From NCBI RefSeq assembly GCF_044354325.1, contig NZ_JBILAF010000001.1:1-53443 (forward strand): a stretch of 53,443 nt of DNA, read 5' to 3'. Within the stretch, counting starts at the first letter, position 1; the number at the start of each line of letters is the position of its first letter. The notes beneath the pieces were generated by a model, which worked only from the letters and a program-made list of their open reading frames with translations, did no database searches and was not told the DNA's origin. Shown here in pieces: positions 17,578-27,024 of the stretch. The translations under genes and the position numbers were made by a program. The stretch is from Sphingorhabdus sp. Lineage in GTDB: Bacteria > Pseudomonadota > Alphaproteobacteria > Sphingomonadales > Sphingomonadaceae.

Positions 17578-18987
17578 TTACCCGTCAAACAAATTGCCTT
17601 GATTGACAGCCGCTTTTGCTGGCTTCGCCGCGGATATTCGCGGCGCAGGTCCGCCACTTACTTGCCCGCCGACTTCGCCATCGACAAACCTTAACGTCAC
17701 GTCACCCGCTTTCACGGCGGCTTCCCGTGTCATGATGGTTTTGCCGTTCGCATCGGTCACGCGCGCAAAGCCGCGCTTAAGCGGGGCTTCAGGATGCAAT
17801 GTGCTCACCAGCCGCGTCAACGCATCAAGGCGCTGCTGCCCTTGCTCGGCGCGCCGGAGCAGGAGGCGCGGGTGCAGCATCATCGCTGGCGCAGAAAAAG
17901 CCACTTCAGCCTTGCCAATTCTGGTCCGAAGCGATTGGCGAAGCCGTTCGGACAGGTCGTCTGTACGTTGCTGATGCGGGGCGGAAAGGTCTGACAGACG
18001 CGGCATCAGACGCCGCTGTGCCTCAAGCCGTTCGGCCGCAAGGTCGACCTTTTTGCGGACGACATTGGACATGCGCAGCCCGAATTGTCCCACACGTTGC
18101 AGCAAATCGCTGCGCACGGGAACGGCAATCTCGGCCGCGGCCGTAGGCGTCGGCGCGCGCAAATCTGCGGCAAAGTCGCACAAAGTTGTATCGGTTTCAT
18201 GCCCGACTGCCGATATGATGGGTATCGTACAATCCGCGACGGCACGTACCACGGCCTCATCATTAAAGGCCCATAGATCCTCAATAGACCCGCCGCCGCG
18301 CGCGACGATGACGAGGTCCGGGCGGCGCGTGGGTCCCTCATGGGGCATGGCCGAAAATCCATGGACCGCACGCGCGATTTGGGCGGCGGCGCCTTCCCCT
18401 TGCACCAATACGGGCCACACGATCACATGGCTTGGAAAGCGATCAGCAAGACGGTGCAGGATATCACGGATGACTGCGCCGGTGGGCGAGGTTACGACGC
18501 CAATTGTACGCGGCAGAGACGGCAGCTTTTTCTTGCGTTCAGGTGCAAACAAACCCTCGGCGGCGAGCCGCGCCTTTAGCTTTTCAAACAAAAGCATCAT
18601 CGCGCCTTCGCCCGCGACTTCCAGACTTTCGACCACGATTTGATAGTTGGACCGGCCCGCATAGGTCGTCAATTTGCCCGTGGCGACAACCTCCAGCCCG
18701 TCTTCCGGGGCGAAGGGCAGGCGCGCCGCTCCACCTTTCCACATGACCGCGTCCAGCCGCGCATTTTCGTCTTTGAGCGAGAAATAAATATGGCCCGACG
18801 CCGCGCGTTTGAAACCAGAAATCTCCCCGCGCACGCGGACATGGCCGAAGCGGTCCTCAACCGTGCGCTTCAACGCCAGCGATAACTCCGACACACTCAT
18901 GGCCTGGGCATTGTCGCCGGGCCGCTCCTCGGCTAACAGGCGGGCAACTTGCGGGTCAGCATTTTCAAAGGGGTCATTTGCGGACAT
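17578..18987 (-). CDS. xseA: Exodeoxyribonuclease VII large subunit
   Basis: [68 protein letters not shown]. Start ATG 18987 (alternative 18900). Confidence 0.93.
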   Translation of the reverse strand: MSANDPFENADPQVARLLAEERPGDNAQAMSVSELSLALKRTVEDRFGHVRVRGEISGFKRAASGHIYFSLKDENARLDAVMWKGGAARLPFAPEDGLEVVATGKLTTYAGRSNYQIVVESLEVAGEGAMMLLFEKLKARLAAEGLFAPERKKKLPSLPRTIGVVTSPTGAVIRDILHRLADRFPSHVIVWPVLVQGEGAAAQIARAVHGFSAMPHEGPTRRPDLVIVARGGGSIEDLWAFNDEAVVRAVADCTIPIISAVGHETDTTLCDFAADLRAPTPTAAAEIAVPVRSDLLQRVGQFGLRMSNVVRKKVDLAAERLEAQRRLMPRLSDLSAPHQQRTDDLSERLRQSLRTRIGKAEVAFSAPAMMLHPRLLLRRAEQGQQRLDALTRLVSTLHPEAPLKRGFARVTDANGKTIMTREAAVKAGDVTLRFVDGEVGGQVSGGPAPRISAAKPAKAAVNQGNLFDG

Positions 18988-20257
18988 GAATATCTTGCTC
19001 ATCGGATCGGGTGGACGCGAACATGCGCTGGCGTGGAAGCTCGCGCAATCGCCAAATTGCGATACACTCTTTGCCACGCCGGGCAATCCCGGGATTGCGG
19101 AAGAGGCTGATCTGGCTGCATTGAACATATCCGACCATGCGGCGGTCATATCCTTTTGCGCTGGGCATGATGTCGGGTTGGTCGTGGTCGGTCCAGAGGC
19201 ACCGCTTGTTGCCGGCCTGGGCGATAGCCTGCGCGATGCGGGCATTCCCGTTTTCGGCCCCAACCAAAAGGCGGCACAATTGGAAGGGTCGAAAGGCTTT
19301 ACCAAAGACATATGTGCCGCAGCGGGCATCCCTACAGCGGGCTATTACCGGCATGATAGCAAAGCGTCGGCACTGGCGGGCCTCGACGCATTCCAAGCAC
19401 CTTATGTCATTAAAGCAGACGGCCTTGCTGCGGGCAAAGGCGTGATTATCGCGGAAACCCGCATTGATGCTGAAGCCGCGATTGAAGATATGTTCGGTGG
19501 CGGTTTTGGTGATGCTGGCGCGTCCGTTGTCATTGAAGAATTTATGACCGGAGAAGAAGCCAGCTTTTTCGCACTGACCGATGGCCGCGACGTGGTCGCA
19601 TTCGGTTCTGCGCAGGATCATAAACGTGTCGGCGATGGTGATATTGGGCCCAACACGGGCGGCATGGGCGCATATTCACCCGCAATTGTTCTGACGCCTG
19701 CGTTGCAGGCGGAAGTGATGGACCGCATCATTAAGCCGACAGTGGCGTATATGGCGGCGCATGACATGCCTTATTCGGGCGTTTTGTTCGCGGGTCTCAT
19801 GCTGACCGATGAGGGGCCAAAGCTCATCGAATATAATGCGCGCTTTGGTGATCCCGAGTGCCAGGTGCTTATGACACGTTTTGACGGCGACCTTGCCGCT
19901 TTGATGTTGGCGGTTGCGACTGGGAAGCTTTCTGAAGCGGCGGCGCCAAGCTTTTCGTCCGACACGGCATTGACGGTCGTCATGGCGGCGAACGGCTATC
20001 CCGATGTGCCGCAAAAGGGCGGCGCGATTGATCTGGCAGTTGTGTCCGGCGCGAAGGTATTTCATGCAGGCACGGCTGAAGTGGACGGGCAATTGGTGGC
20101 AGCGGGCGGGCGTGTGCTAAACGTTACCGCAACAGGGGCAAACGTGACCGACGCGCAGGCAAAGGCCTATGCAGCGGTGGATCAGGTCGTTTTCCCCGAT
20201 GGCTTTTGCCGCCGCGACATTGGCTGGCGTGAGGTTGCGCGCGAAGCCGGGAACTAA
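18986..20257 (+). CDS. purD: Phosphoribosylamine--glycine ligase
   Basis: [59 protein letters not shown]. Confidence 0.96.
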   Translation: MNILLIGSGGREHALAWKLAQSPNCDTLFATPGNPGIAEEADLAALNISDHAAVISFCAGHDVGLVVVGPEAPLVAGLGDSLRDAGIPVFGPNQKAAQLEGSKGFTKDICAAAGIPTAGYYRHDSKASALAGLDAFQAPYVIKADGLAAGKGVIIAETRIDAEAAIEDMFGGGFGDAGASVVIEEFMTGEEASFFALTDGRDVVAFGSAQDHKRVGDGDIGPNTGGMGAYSPAIVLTPALQAEVMDRIIKPTVAYMAAHDMPYSGVLFAGLMLTDEGPKLIEYNARFGDPECQVLMTRFDGDLAALMLAVATGKLSEAAAPSFSSDTALTVVMAANGYPDVPQKGGAIDLAVVSGAKVFHAGTAEVDGQLVAAGGRVLNVTATGANVTDAQAKAYAAVDQVVFPDGFCRRDIGWREVAREAGN

Positions 20258-20358
20258 CGAAATCGCGCAAATGTTGGCGCGGCGGATTAACGCTTTCACG
20301 CCCTGCAAAAATTGCGTAACCCGTTGGCCACATTGAGGGATTTTCTGGGAGGAATATT

Positions 20359-21195
20359 ATGTCCAACAATCTACTGATTATTATTATTGCGGTGGCCATT
20401 ATTGCCATTTTAGGTTTGTGGTTGCTCGCGCGTAACGGTGCGAAGAAGACAGCTGCGCAGCCGAAAGACGTTGCTTCGCCACCACCTGCGGCAGCTGTTG
20501 CGAAGGCGCCTGCTGCGCCGAAGTTGACGGACGGTCCTGCGCCAGCGAAGAAAACCGCGAAAGCCAAGGTAAAGGCACCAGCGAAAGCTGCGGCAACAAA
20601 GGCCGCGCCAGCAGCTGCCGCGAAGCCAGTTGCGGCAAAGGCTAAAACGGCGAAGGTGCCTGCACCGAAAGCTGCACCTAAGGCTGCGCCGAAAGCTGCC
20701 CCAAAAGCCGCTCCGAAAGCCGCAGCGCCGAAGCCTGCTGCACCCAAGGCTGCTAAACCGAAGGCCGCAGTCGCGAAGGTCCCAGCACCCAAGCCAGCGG
20801 CAAAGCCTGCAGCAGCAAAGGCAAAGGCCGCGCCTGCGCCCAAATCCGCGCCGAAAGCTGCCGCGGCGAAGGTGAAGGCAGAAGCCGCACCCAAGCCCAA
20901 GGTCGCCAAACCAGCGGCCAAGGCTAAGGTATCGGTCCCTGACAATCTCGAATTGTTGAAGGGCCTTGGTCCGAAAGTGAACAATATGCTCAAGGCATTG
21001 GGCGTAACCAGCTTTGCCCAAGTGGCGAGTTGGACGGCCGCTGATGTTGCGGAAATTGATGGCAAGCTTGGCGCATTTGCGGGCCGCATCAGCCGCGACA
21101 ACTGGATTGATCAGGCCAAGTATCTCGAAGCGGGCGATGTCGCCGGTTTTGAAAAGAAATATGGCGCGCTGGGTGGCGAAATCGCCAAAGGCTGA
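20359..21195 (+). CDS. Membrane-anchored Ala/Lys/Pro-rich protein with a C-terminal helix-hairpin-helix-type domain
   Basis: N-terminal TM (LLIIIIAVAIIAILGLWLLA), ~165-aa A/K/P low-complexity linker, DNLELLKGLGPKV...LGVTSFAQVASW...GRISRDNWIDQAKYL; GGAGG RBS. Confidence 0.85.
   Translation: MSNNLLIIIIAVAIIAILGLWLLARNGAKKTAAQPKDVASPPPAAAVAKAPAAPKLTDGPAPAKKTAKAKVKAPAKAAATKAAPAAAAKPVAAKAKTAKVPAPKAAPKAAPKAAPKAAPKAAAPKPAAPKAAKPKAAVAKVPAPKPAAKPAAAKAKAAPAPKSAPKAAAAKVKAEAAPKPKVAKPAAKAKVSVPDNLELLKGLGPKVNNMLKALGVTSFAQVASWTAADVAEIDGKLGAFAGRISRDNWIDQAKYLEAGDVAGFEKKYGALGGEIAKG
20665..20724 (+). repeat. Five 12-bp degenerate tandem units encoding (PKAA)5
   Basis: ccgaaagctgca cctaaggctgcg ccgaaagctgcc ccaaaagccgct ccgaaagccgca. 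Confidence 0.85.
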
Positions 21196-21200
21196 CCTGA

Positions 21201-21383
21201 TTATGTCTTAATGCGTTTTGGCCTTGGCTGAAGGTCGCCGCCACAATTGGGGCAGCGGCCATTCAGCGGGCCATTCACGCAGGGTGCGCAAAAGGTGCAT
21301 TCATAGCTGCAAATCATCGCGTCGCCGCTGTCCATCGGCAGTGGCGATGTGCATCGTTCGCATGTGTCCCGCATTTCCAGCAT
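21201..21383 (-). CDS. DUF1272 family Cys-rich protein
   Basis: MLEMR..CERC...LP.....A.ICSYECTFC..C......CPNCGG.L..RP.R. Confidence 0.9.
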   Translation of the reverse strand: MLEMRDTCERCTSPLPMDSGDAMICSYECTFCAPCVNGPLNGRCPNCGGDLQPRPKRIKT

Positions 21384-21393
21384 CTTGTGCTCC

Positions 21394-22128
21394 TTATCGT
21401 CCAACCCGTTGCAGCCCCGTGCCGTGCATTTTTAGCCACTGGTCTGCAGCCTTGCGGTTCCCTTCAAAGAGGAAATCGAGCCAAGCGTAGAAGTCGGGGC
21501 TGTGGTTCATATGCCGCATATGCGCGACCTCATGGGCGATGACCGAACGGCGCACAGACGCAGGCGCCATGATTAGCCGCCAGCTGAGCGAAATGGTCCC
21601 CCGGCTGGAACAGCTACCCCAACGGCTGCGCGGATCGCCCAGCGACAAGCGCGGGACTGGCTCACCGGCTTTGTCGCAATAATGCGCGATTTCTTTGGTG
21701 AAAATCCGCCGTGCTTCGCCCTTGAGCCATCGCAAGATGCGGGCTTCGACCGACTCTCTTGGACCACCCAAGCGCAGCATGCCTTCGCCGCAGCGAATGC
21801 TGCGCGGCCATTCTTCGCGCCATTCAATCAGGTGGCTTTCACCTTCGACAGCGATTTCGCTGCCAGGGGCAATGGGGGCAATGTCAGGCGCGCTGTTTAA
21901 CCGCGTGGCGATCCATTCGCGTTTCTTTTCAACAAAATCGAGCGCCACATTTGTCGGCGTATAATGCGGCATCGTTATGCGGATTTCGCGTTTCACGGCA
22001 TCGGCGCGCATCGAAATGCGCTTGGCCCGCGGGTTGCGGCGAATGCGCACGGGTACGCTTTCCCCTTCTATGACCACTTCAGGATCAGAGAGGCTGTTCG
22101 ACAATATGGTTTTCAAGCGGCCCAGCAT
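21394..22128 (-). CDS. YgjP/DUF45 (SprT-like/M48) zinc metallohydrolase
   Basis: SRWGSCS, LSWRLIMAP, VIAHEVAH (HExxH), MNHSPDF. Confidence 0.88.
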   Translation of the reverse strand: MLGRLKTILSNSLSDPEVVIEGESVPVRIRRNPRAKRISMRADAVKREIRITMPHYTPTNVALDFVEKKREWIATRLNSAPDIAPIAPGSEIAVEGESHLIEWREEWPRSIRCGEGMLRLGGPRESVEARILRWLKGEARRIFTKEIAHYCDKAGEPVPRLSLGDPRSRWGSCSSRGTISLSWRLIMAPASVRRSVIAHEVAHMRHMNHSPDFYAWLDFLFEGNRKAADQWLKMHGTGLQRVGR

Positions 22129-22519
22129 GCAGTTCCGATATAGCCCGACCTTTGACCGACATGCCAGCGTCATGAATCGTCTGGCGGTTTCCGCTTACCA
22201 AATAATGCCATTCGGGAAGTGGTTTGCCCGCCGCGCGCAGGACATAGGCGCAGGTCGAAGGCAGCCAGACATAAGCATCAATCTTGTCCGCGGTCAGCCG
22301 AAGACATTCGGGCACAATCGCGCGGCGTCCGCGATAATCGGCACATTGGCATGTCTGTAGATCCAGCAATTTGCAGGCGACATTGGTGGGGTAGATGCGG
22401 CCGGTATCTTCATCTTCCACCTTGTTGAGACAGCATTTCCCGCAACCATCGCACAATGCCTCCCATTGTGCGCGGTCGAGGCTCTCTATCGGGGCTTCCC
22501 AAAAAGGCGCTTCGTTCAA
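22085..22519 (-). CDS. YcgN family cysteine-cluster protein
   Basis: WEALCDGCGKCC, TNVAC.LLD...C.C.DY..R...VPEC, WLPSTCAY, WHYL.SG. TTG start inferred. Confidence 0.88.
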   Translation of the reverse strand: MNEAPFWEAPIESLDRAQWEALCDGCGKCCLNKVEDEDTGRIYPTNVACKLLDLQTCQCADYRGRRAIVPECLRLTADKIDAYVWLPSTCAYVLRAAGKPLPEWHYLVSGNRQTIHDAGMSVKGRAISELHAGPLENHIVEQPL

Positions 22520-22520
22520 A

Positions 22521-23156
22521 TCAGCGCACCCATTTTGCCAATTCCGCCTCAACCAAATTCGGCGCGCCTTCATTGATGTCGGTATTGGGAACGTCAGCGG
22601 GCATAAGCGCCAAAGGCTTGCCATCGGGGCCCATCAAATAAGGTGTCTGGCTGTGGCTCATCAGATAGCTTTCCGGTGAGGACCCTTCGACACGGCTGGA
22701 GTAAATCGCAAATTTCTTTGCTGCGTCTGCGATTTCGGCCTCCGTTCCGGTGAGGCCAATCGCGCGCGGATGAAATGCGCTGACGAATTGCTTCAGCACG
22801 TCTGGCGTGTCGCGCAAGGGATCAACGGTGATGAAAATCGGCTGAATCTTTGCGCCAAGCTCGGGGTGGCTTTTCTCATAGGCCTTTAACCCTGCCATCA
22901 GATTCTGCATGTCCGGCGTGCAGATATCGGGGCAGTTGGTGTAGCCAAAATAGACGATACGATATGCGCCGTCGAATTCCTTGAAGGTCCGTTTTTTGCC
23001 ATTTTGATCGGTCAGCGTAAAATCACCGCCAATGGTTGCACCGGCCAGAGGGGCTTCGCTCAATGGTGGCTGGGCAGGGGGTGAATCACATGCCGACAGC
23101 AAAAGCGCGGCGGAGAGCGTGAAAATCAGTTTTTTGTTCATAGCGGGGCCAGACAT
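22521..23156 (-). CDS. SCO1/SenC copper chaperone lipoprotein
   Basis: Lipobox LSAC; YFGYTNCPDIC (CxxxC), FITVDP.RD, conserved His (YLMSHS). Confidence 0.92.
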   Translation of the reverse strand: MSGPAMNKKLIFTLSAALLLSACDSPPAQPPLSEAPLAGATIGGDFTLTDQNGKKRTFKEFDGAYRIVYFGYTNCPDICTPDMQNLMAGLKAYEKSHPELGAKIQPIFITVDPLRDTPDVLKQFVSAFHPRAIGLTGTEAEIADAAKKFAIYSSRVEGSSPESYLMSHSQTPYLMGPDGKPLALMPADVPNTDINEGAPNLVEAELAKWVR

Positions 23157-23197
23157 GGTCTGCTAAAGACCAGTTATCAAGTATGTTGGACATTTAA

Positions 23198-23851
23198 ATG
23201 GGGCATCGTTTGTTGAAAAAGCCATTTTTTCTCGCCTTGGCCGCAGGGCTGATCTTGCCGATGGGCGCTGGCGTGGTTGCGCCTGCTGCACAAGCCCAGT
23301 TTTCAGACAGCTATAATTTCTTGAAAGCCGTGCGCGATCGCAAGGGCGAAGAAGCCGAAAAGTTTCTGGCACAGCCCGGCACGGTGATTATCAACACACG
23401 CGACAATTCAACCGGCGAAACCGCGCTGCATATCGTCATTCAACGCCGTGACGCGTCGTGGCTTGGGTATCTTTTACAAAAAGGTGCAAACCCCAATTTG
23501 GCAGATAAAAAGGGTACGACGCCTTTGATGCTCGCCACGCAATTGGGCTTCATCGATGGCATTGATTGGCTATCGCGTAAAAAGGCACAGATTGACCAAA
23601 CAAATCGCGCTGGAGAAACCGCGCTGATTTTGGCGGTGCAACTGCGCAATGCAGAAGCGGTGCGCATGCTTTTGAAGGCCGGTGCAAATCCGGACAAGAA
23701 GGATAGCCGGGCGGGATATTCTGCACGCGATTATGCGCTTCAGGACGGACGCGCGACTGCGATTGTTGCGATCATCGAAAATAACGGCAAAACCGATGCG
23801 GCAAAGAAACCTGCCGAGCTCGATTTTTCGGGCATATCTGAACCGAAATAA
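23198..23851 (+). CDS. Exported ankyrin-repeat protein
   Basis: Signal peptide; GETALH, GTTPLM, GETALI and GANP ankyrin motifs. Confidence 0.88.
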   Translation: MGHRLLKKPFFLALAAGLILPMGAGVVAPAAQAQFSDSYNFLKAVRDRKGEEAEKFLAQPGTVIINTRDNSTGETALHIVIQRRDASWLGYLLQKGANPNLADKKGTTPLMLATQLGFIDGIDWLSRKKAQIDQTNRAGETALILAVQLRNAEAVRMLLKAGANPDKKDSRAGYSARDYALQDGRATAIVAIIENNGKTDAAKKPAELDFSGISEPK

Positions 23852-23881
23852 GGTCCGTCGGCGTGCTATGCGCTGGACGGA

Positions 23882-24364
23882 TTATCCGGGGATAAACTTC
23901 ATCGCGACGCCGTTCATGCAATAGCGTTTGCCCGTTGGTTTTGGACCATCGTTAAAGACATGGCCAATATGCCCGCCGCAGCGCGCGCAATGCACTTCGG
24001 TGCGTGGCACGCCGATTTTATAGTCGGTTTTGGTGCCTATGCCGCCGGCCAGTGGCGCATAGAAACTTGGCCAGCCCGTTCCGCTTTCAAACTTGGTAAC
24101 AGAGGCAAAAAGCCGCTGGTTACAGCCCGCGCAGACAAATGTGCCCTTGCGCTTTTCGCCGTTGAGCGGGCTTGTATAAGGCCGTTCGGTATCTTCGCGG
24201 CGCAACACGCGGTAGGCAGCAGGCGACAAGCGCTTTTTCCATTCGGCGTCGCTGTATGTCACCGCATAGCGCGTTTTGGCGGCCGCACTCTTGCCGCAGC
24301 CAAAGACCAGCACCGCGGCCCCTGCACTTGTGAGTGACAGAAATTTGCGTTTGCTCAGCTGCAT
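23882..24364 (-). CDS. msrB: Peptide-methionine (R)-S-oxide reductase with a Tat-like leader
   Basis: KFESGTGWPSF, RTEVHC..CGGHIGHVFNDGP.PTGKRYCMNG; N-terminal SKRKFL. Confidence 0.93.
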   Translation of the reverse strand: MQLSKRKFLSLTSAGAAVLVFGCGKSAAAKTRYAVTYSDAEWKKRLSPAAYRVLRREDTERPYTSPLNGEKRKGTFVCAGCNQRLFASVTKFESGTGWPSFYAPLAGGIGTKTDYKIGVPRTEVHCARCGGHIGHVFNDGPKPTGKRYCMNGVAMKFIPG

Positions 24365-24424
24365 GACATGTTCCTTTGGACGCTCCGGCTATGCATATAC
24401 CGGAAACGTCCAAAAGCGTTCATA

Positions 24425-25705
24425 TCAATAGCGCGACAGTTCCACATCCATCTTGCGATAGCCATGGACGAAGCAGCCCGCCACGCGGTCGGGTTCACCC
24501 ACAACATTTGGTCGCAGGCGGCGCGCCGCCATTTCTTCAAGCAAAATGCGGATCTGCAATTCGGCCAATCGTGCGCCGACGCAGCGGTGGATGCCATATC
24601 CGAAGGCCAAATGGCGACGCGCGTTTTCGCGATCGACAATCAATTTATCGGGATTATCGAACACCGTCTCATCACGGTTGGCCGATAGGTACCACATGCC
24701 AATCTTGTCACCAGCCTTGATGGGCGCGCCGAACAGGTCATGATCCTGTGTGGCGGTGCGGCGCATATGCGCCAATGGCGTCTGCCAACGAATGATTTCG
24801 CTGACGGCGTTGGTGATGAACTGGGGATTTTTCTCCAGCTTTTCGCGCTCGTCAGGGAAGCTGTTCAGTCCATAAGCGTAACCCGACATCGAATTGCGGG
24901 TCGTGTCATTTCCGCCCACGATCAGCAGAATGAGGTTACCCATATATTCAAATTGACTCATGTCCTTCATCGGCGAATGGATCATGCGGCTGATCAGGTC
25001 GGGCGCTTCGCCGCGATTTTTGCGTTCTTCCCACAGATTCTGGAAATAGGCGCCCATTTCAAACATTTTGGCAAGTCGCGCCTGACGCGTCTCTTCGGAA
25101 CGGAACAGCTCGACGTCGCCCGCCCAATCGGACCATTCGGTCAACTTGCGGCGGTCTTCCCACGGGAAATCGAAAAGCAACGCCAACATCTGTGTGGTCA
25201 GTTCGATGGATACCAAGTCGACCCAGTCAAAGGTTTTGCCAACCGGAAGCGAGTCTAAAAGCTCGCCCGTGCGGCGACGGATATCGCCCGACATGCGGTC
25301 CATTTCACCCGGTGTGAAGGCCGGTGCGATGACACGGCGTTCTTCGGTGTGCTTGGGCCGGTCCATCGCAATGAACATGGGCATGACGATTCTTTGGTCT
25401 TCGGGGATTGGCTCGGCGAGCGCATCGTCGTCGATTAAGGTTATGCCACCATGTTCGAATGACGATGAATAAATGTCGGGCAGCGCCTCGACATGTTGAA
25501 TGGCTTTGAGCGTCGTGACATTCCAATAGCTGCCGAAATCGGAGCCCTCGATCTTGTTGATCGGCGCTTTTTCGCGCATCTCTTTAAAGATGGGGTGCCA
25601 GCGATCCTCGGTGTAAATATCGGGCTTTGTAACGTCCCAATGATGTGGTGCCTTGTTCATTTCCCAAGGCAGTGAATCGCTTTCGATTAGGGGGGCAGTT
25701 GCCAT
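24425..25705 (-). CDS. Cytochrome P450, CYP153-like
   Basis: MFIAMD.PKH, VSIELTTQMLA.LFDFP, LLIVGGNDTTRNSM, EIIRWQTPLAHMRR, HLAFGYGIHRCVG (heme Cys). Confidence 0.92.
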   Translation of the reverse strand: MATAPLIESDSLPWEMNKAPHHWDVTKPDIYTEDRWHPIFKEMREKAPINKIEGSDFGSYWNVTTLKAIQHVEALPDIYSSSFEHGGITLIDDDALAEPIPEDQRIVMPMFIAMDRPKHTEERRVIAPAFTPGEMDRMSGDIRRRTGELLDSLPVGKTFDWVDLVSIELTTQMLALLFDFPWEDRRKLTEWSDWAGDVELFRSEETRQARLAKMFEMGAYFQNLWEERKNRGEAPDLISRMIHSPMKDMSQFEYMGNLILLIVGGNDTTRNSMSGYAYGLNSFPDEREKLEKNPQFITNAVSEIIRWQTPLAHMRRTATQDHDLFGAPIKAGDKIGMWYLSANRDETVFDNPDKLIVDRENARRHLAFGYGIHRCVGARLAELQIRILLEEMAARRLRPNVVGEPDRVAGCFVHGYRKMDVELSRY

Positions 25706-25742
25706 TGTTTTCGACTCCTCTCAGCACCGAAACTGCCACTAC

Positions 25743-25756
25743 TGACAGAAATGTCA
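25743..25756. promoter_or_regulatory. Palindromic operator overlapping a TTGACA -35 upstream of the P450
   Basis: TGACA-GAAA-TGTCA; the minus strand reads TTGACA at 25757-25752. Confidence 0.55.
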
Positions 25757-25797
25757 ATCCAGTTTCGAACCGCAACCTATTAAAGGTGACGACGCAT

Positions 25798-27024
25798 TCA
25801 TCCCGGCATTTTGATGAAGCCGAACAACCGCCGCGCACCGTCATCCTTGGCGCGGCCAGCGCTTCCTGATTTCATGACGTTTTTCTTGAAAAGATATACG
25901 CCCAGTCGCAGCAACAATATCGCAAACAAGACCTGGCCGATAATTGCGACGGCATGATGCCACAAAGCTGGTTCAAGGGCAGCGCGCCCAATCATTGCAA
26001 AGGGCGAACTGAACGGGAAAATGGTAGCAAATTTCTCGATCGGTTCACCTGTTTTGGTCAGGGCATAAGATGCGAAGAAGAAATTGATCAACTGCGCCAT
26101 GGTGACGGGCATGGAAATGGTCTGCACCTCACGCACCGTGGCCGCCATTGCGCCGATTCCAAGAAAAAGCGCGCCGAGCATCAAATAGGTCATGATGAAA
26201 TAGGTGAAGCACAGGCCAATGAACATGGGCCAGCCAACCGCCGGCGTTGGGAAATTTGGCAAATCCGGTCCGATCGCGGCAAAACCAATCAGCCCAACGG
26301 TTGTCCAAACCAATATGCCCAGCAAGGCCATGCCGAGCATCGCGAATAGCTTGCCCAAGAACACCGATTCCATCGGAATGGAGGCAGCGAGAATTTCGAT
26401 GATCTTGTTCGATTTCTCTTCCACCAGATTGGACAGCACCATGCCCGCCAGCAAAATTGTCAGGAAGAAAATGAAAAACTGCCCACCCTGCGCAGTCACG
26501 GTGCGCAGCTTCTTGTCGTTGTTAGCCGACTCGACAACAATATTGGGTGTCGAGCGCGGCAGCGTCATCGTACCGCCGCTTTGCGCATAGCCTGCCAACA
26601 GTTCAATGTCGGCACGTTCGCGTTTTATGGCGTTGGTTGTGCCTGTTATCACGGGTTCCGCCAGCGTGCCGGTGACGACAACGCTGAGATTGTCACTCTT
26701 TTTTGCAAGATAGCTTTGCGGCACTTTCTGATCCGCTGCAGGATCGCCCACGACGACCATGCGGGCGAAATAGCTGTCCCCCAATGTCTTCGAAAGCGAC
26801 TCGCGGGCGGACAGGATTTTCCCCGCCTCCTCTTTGGCCAAGGCAATGCCAACAACGGGTTGCGACACGTCTTTGGCGATTTGCCCACCCAAATTGCCTG
26901 CCGCAAATCCGACAAGCACAGGGAAGAAAGGACCAAGCAAGAAGAAGATAAAGGCCTTGGAATAGATGATCGCCGTAAAATCCCGGCGGGCAATGACGAA
27001 GGCGGCGCGGATAATTTCCTTCAT
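25798..27024 (-). CDS. ABC-2 type transporter permease (NatB-like)
   Basis: IARRDF, EEKSNKIIEILA, LGKLFA; several TM segments. Confidence 0.88.
   Translation of the reverse strand: MKEIIRAAFVIARRDFTAIIYSKAFIFFLLGPFFPVLVGFAAGNLGGQIAKDVSQPVVGIALAKEEAGKILSARESLSKTLGDSYFARMVVVGDPAADQKVPQSYLAKKSDNLSVVVTGTLAEPVITGTTNAIKRERADIELLAGYAQSGGTMTLPRSTPNIVVESANNDKKLRTVTAQGGQFFIFFLTILLAGMVLSNLVEEKSNKIIEILAASIPMESVFLGKLFAMLGMALLGILVWTTVGLIGFAAIGPDLPNFPTPAVGWPMFIGLCFTYFIMTYLMLGALFLGIGAMAATVREVQTISMPVTMAQLINFFFASYALTKTGEPIEKFATIFPFSSPFAMIGRAALEPALWHHAVAIIGQVLFAILLLRLGVYLFKKNVMKSGSAGRAKDDGARRLFGFIKMPG

Noticed and set aside
18988-19329. Long N-terminal extension of xseA in the ORF track (similar extensions on purD, GNAT, GST and others)
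   Set aside because: They overlap neighbouring genes and lack family motifs; starts were reset using RBS and conserved N-termini.
20665-20724. CRISPR array or DNA-level VNTR
   Set aside because: Degenerate 12-bp coding repeats without spacers; no cas genes.
20124-21101. 325-aa Ala/Phe/Gly-rich minus-strand ORF
   Set aside because: Antisense of the A/K/P-rich gene; low-complexity codons lack stops on the opposite strand.
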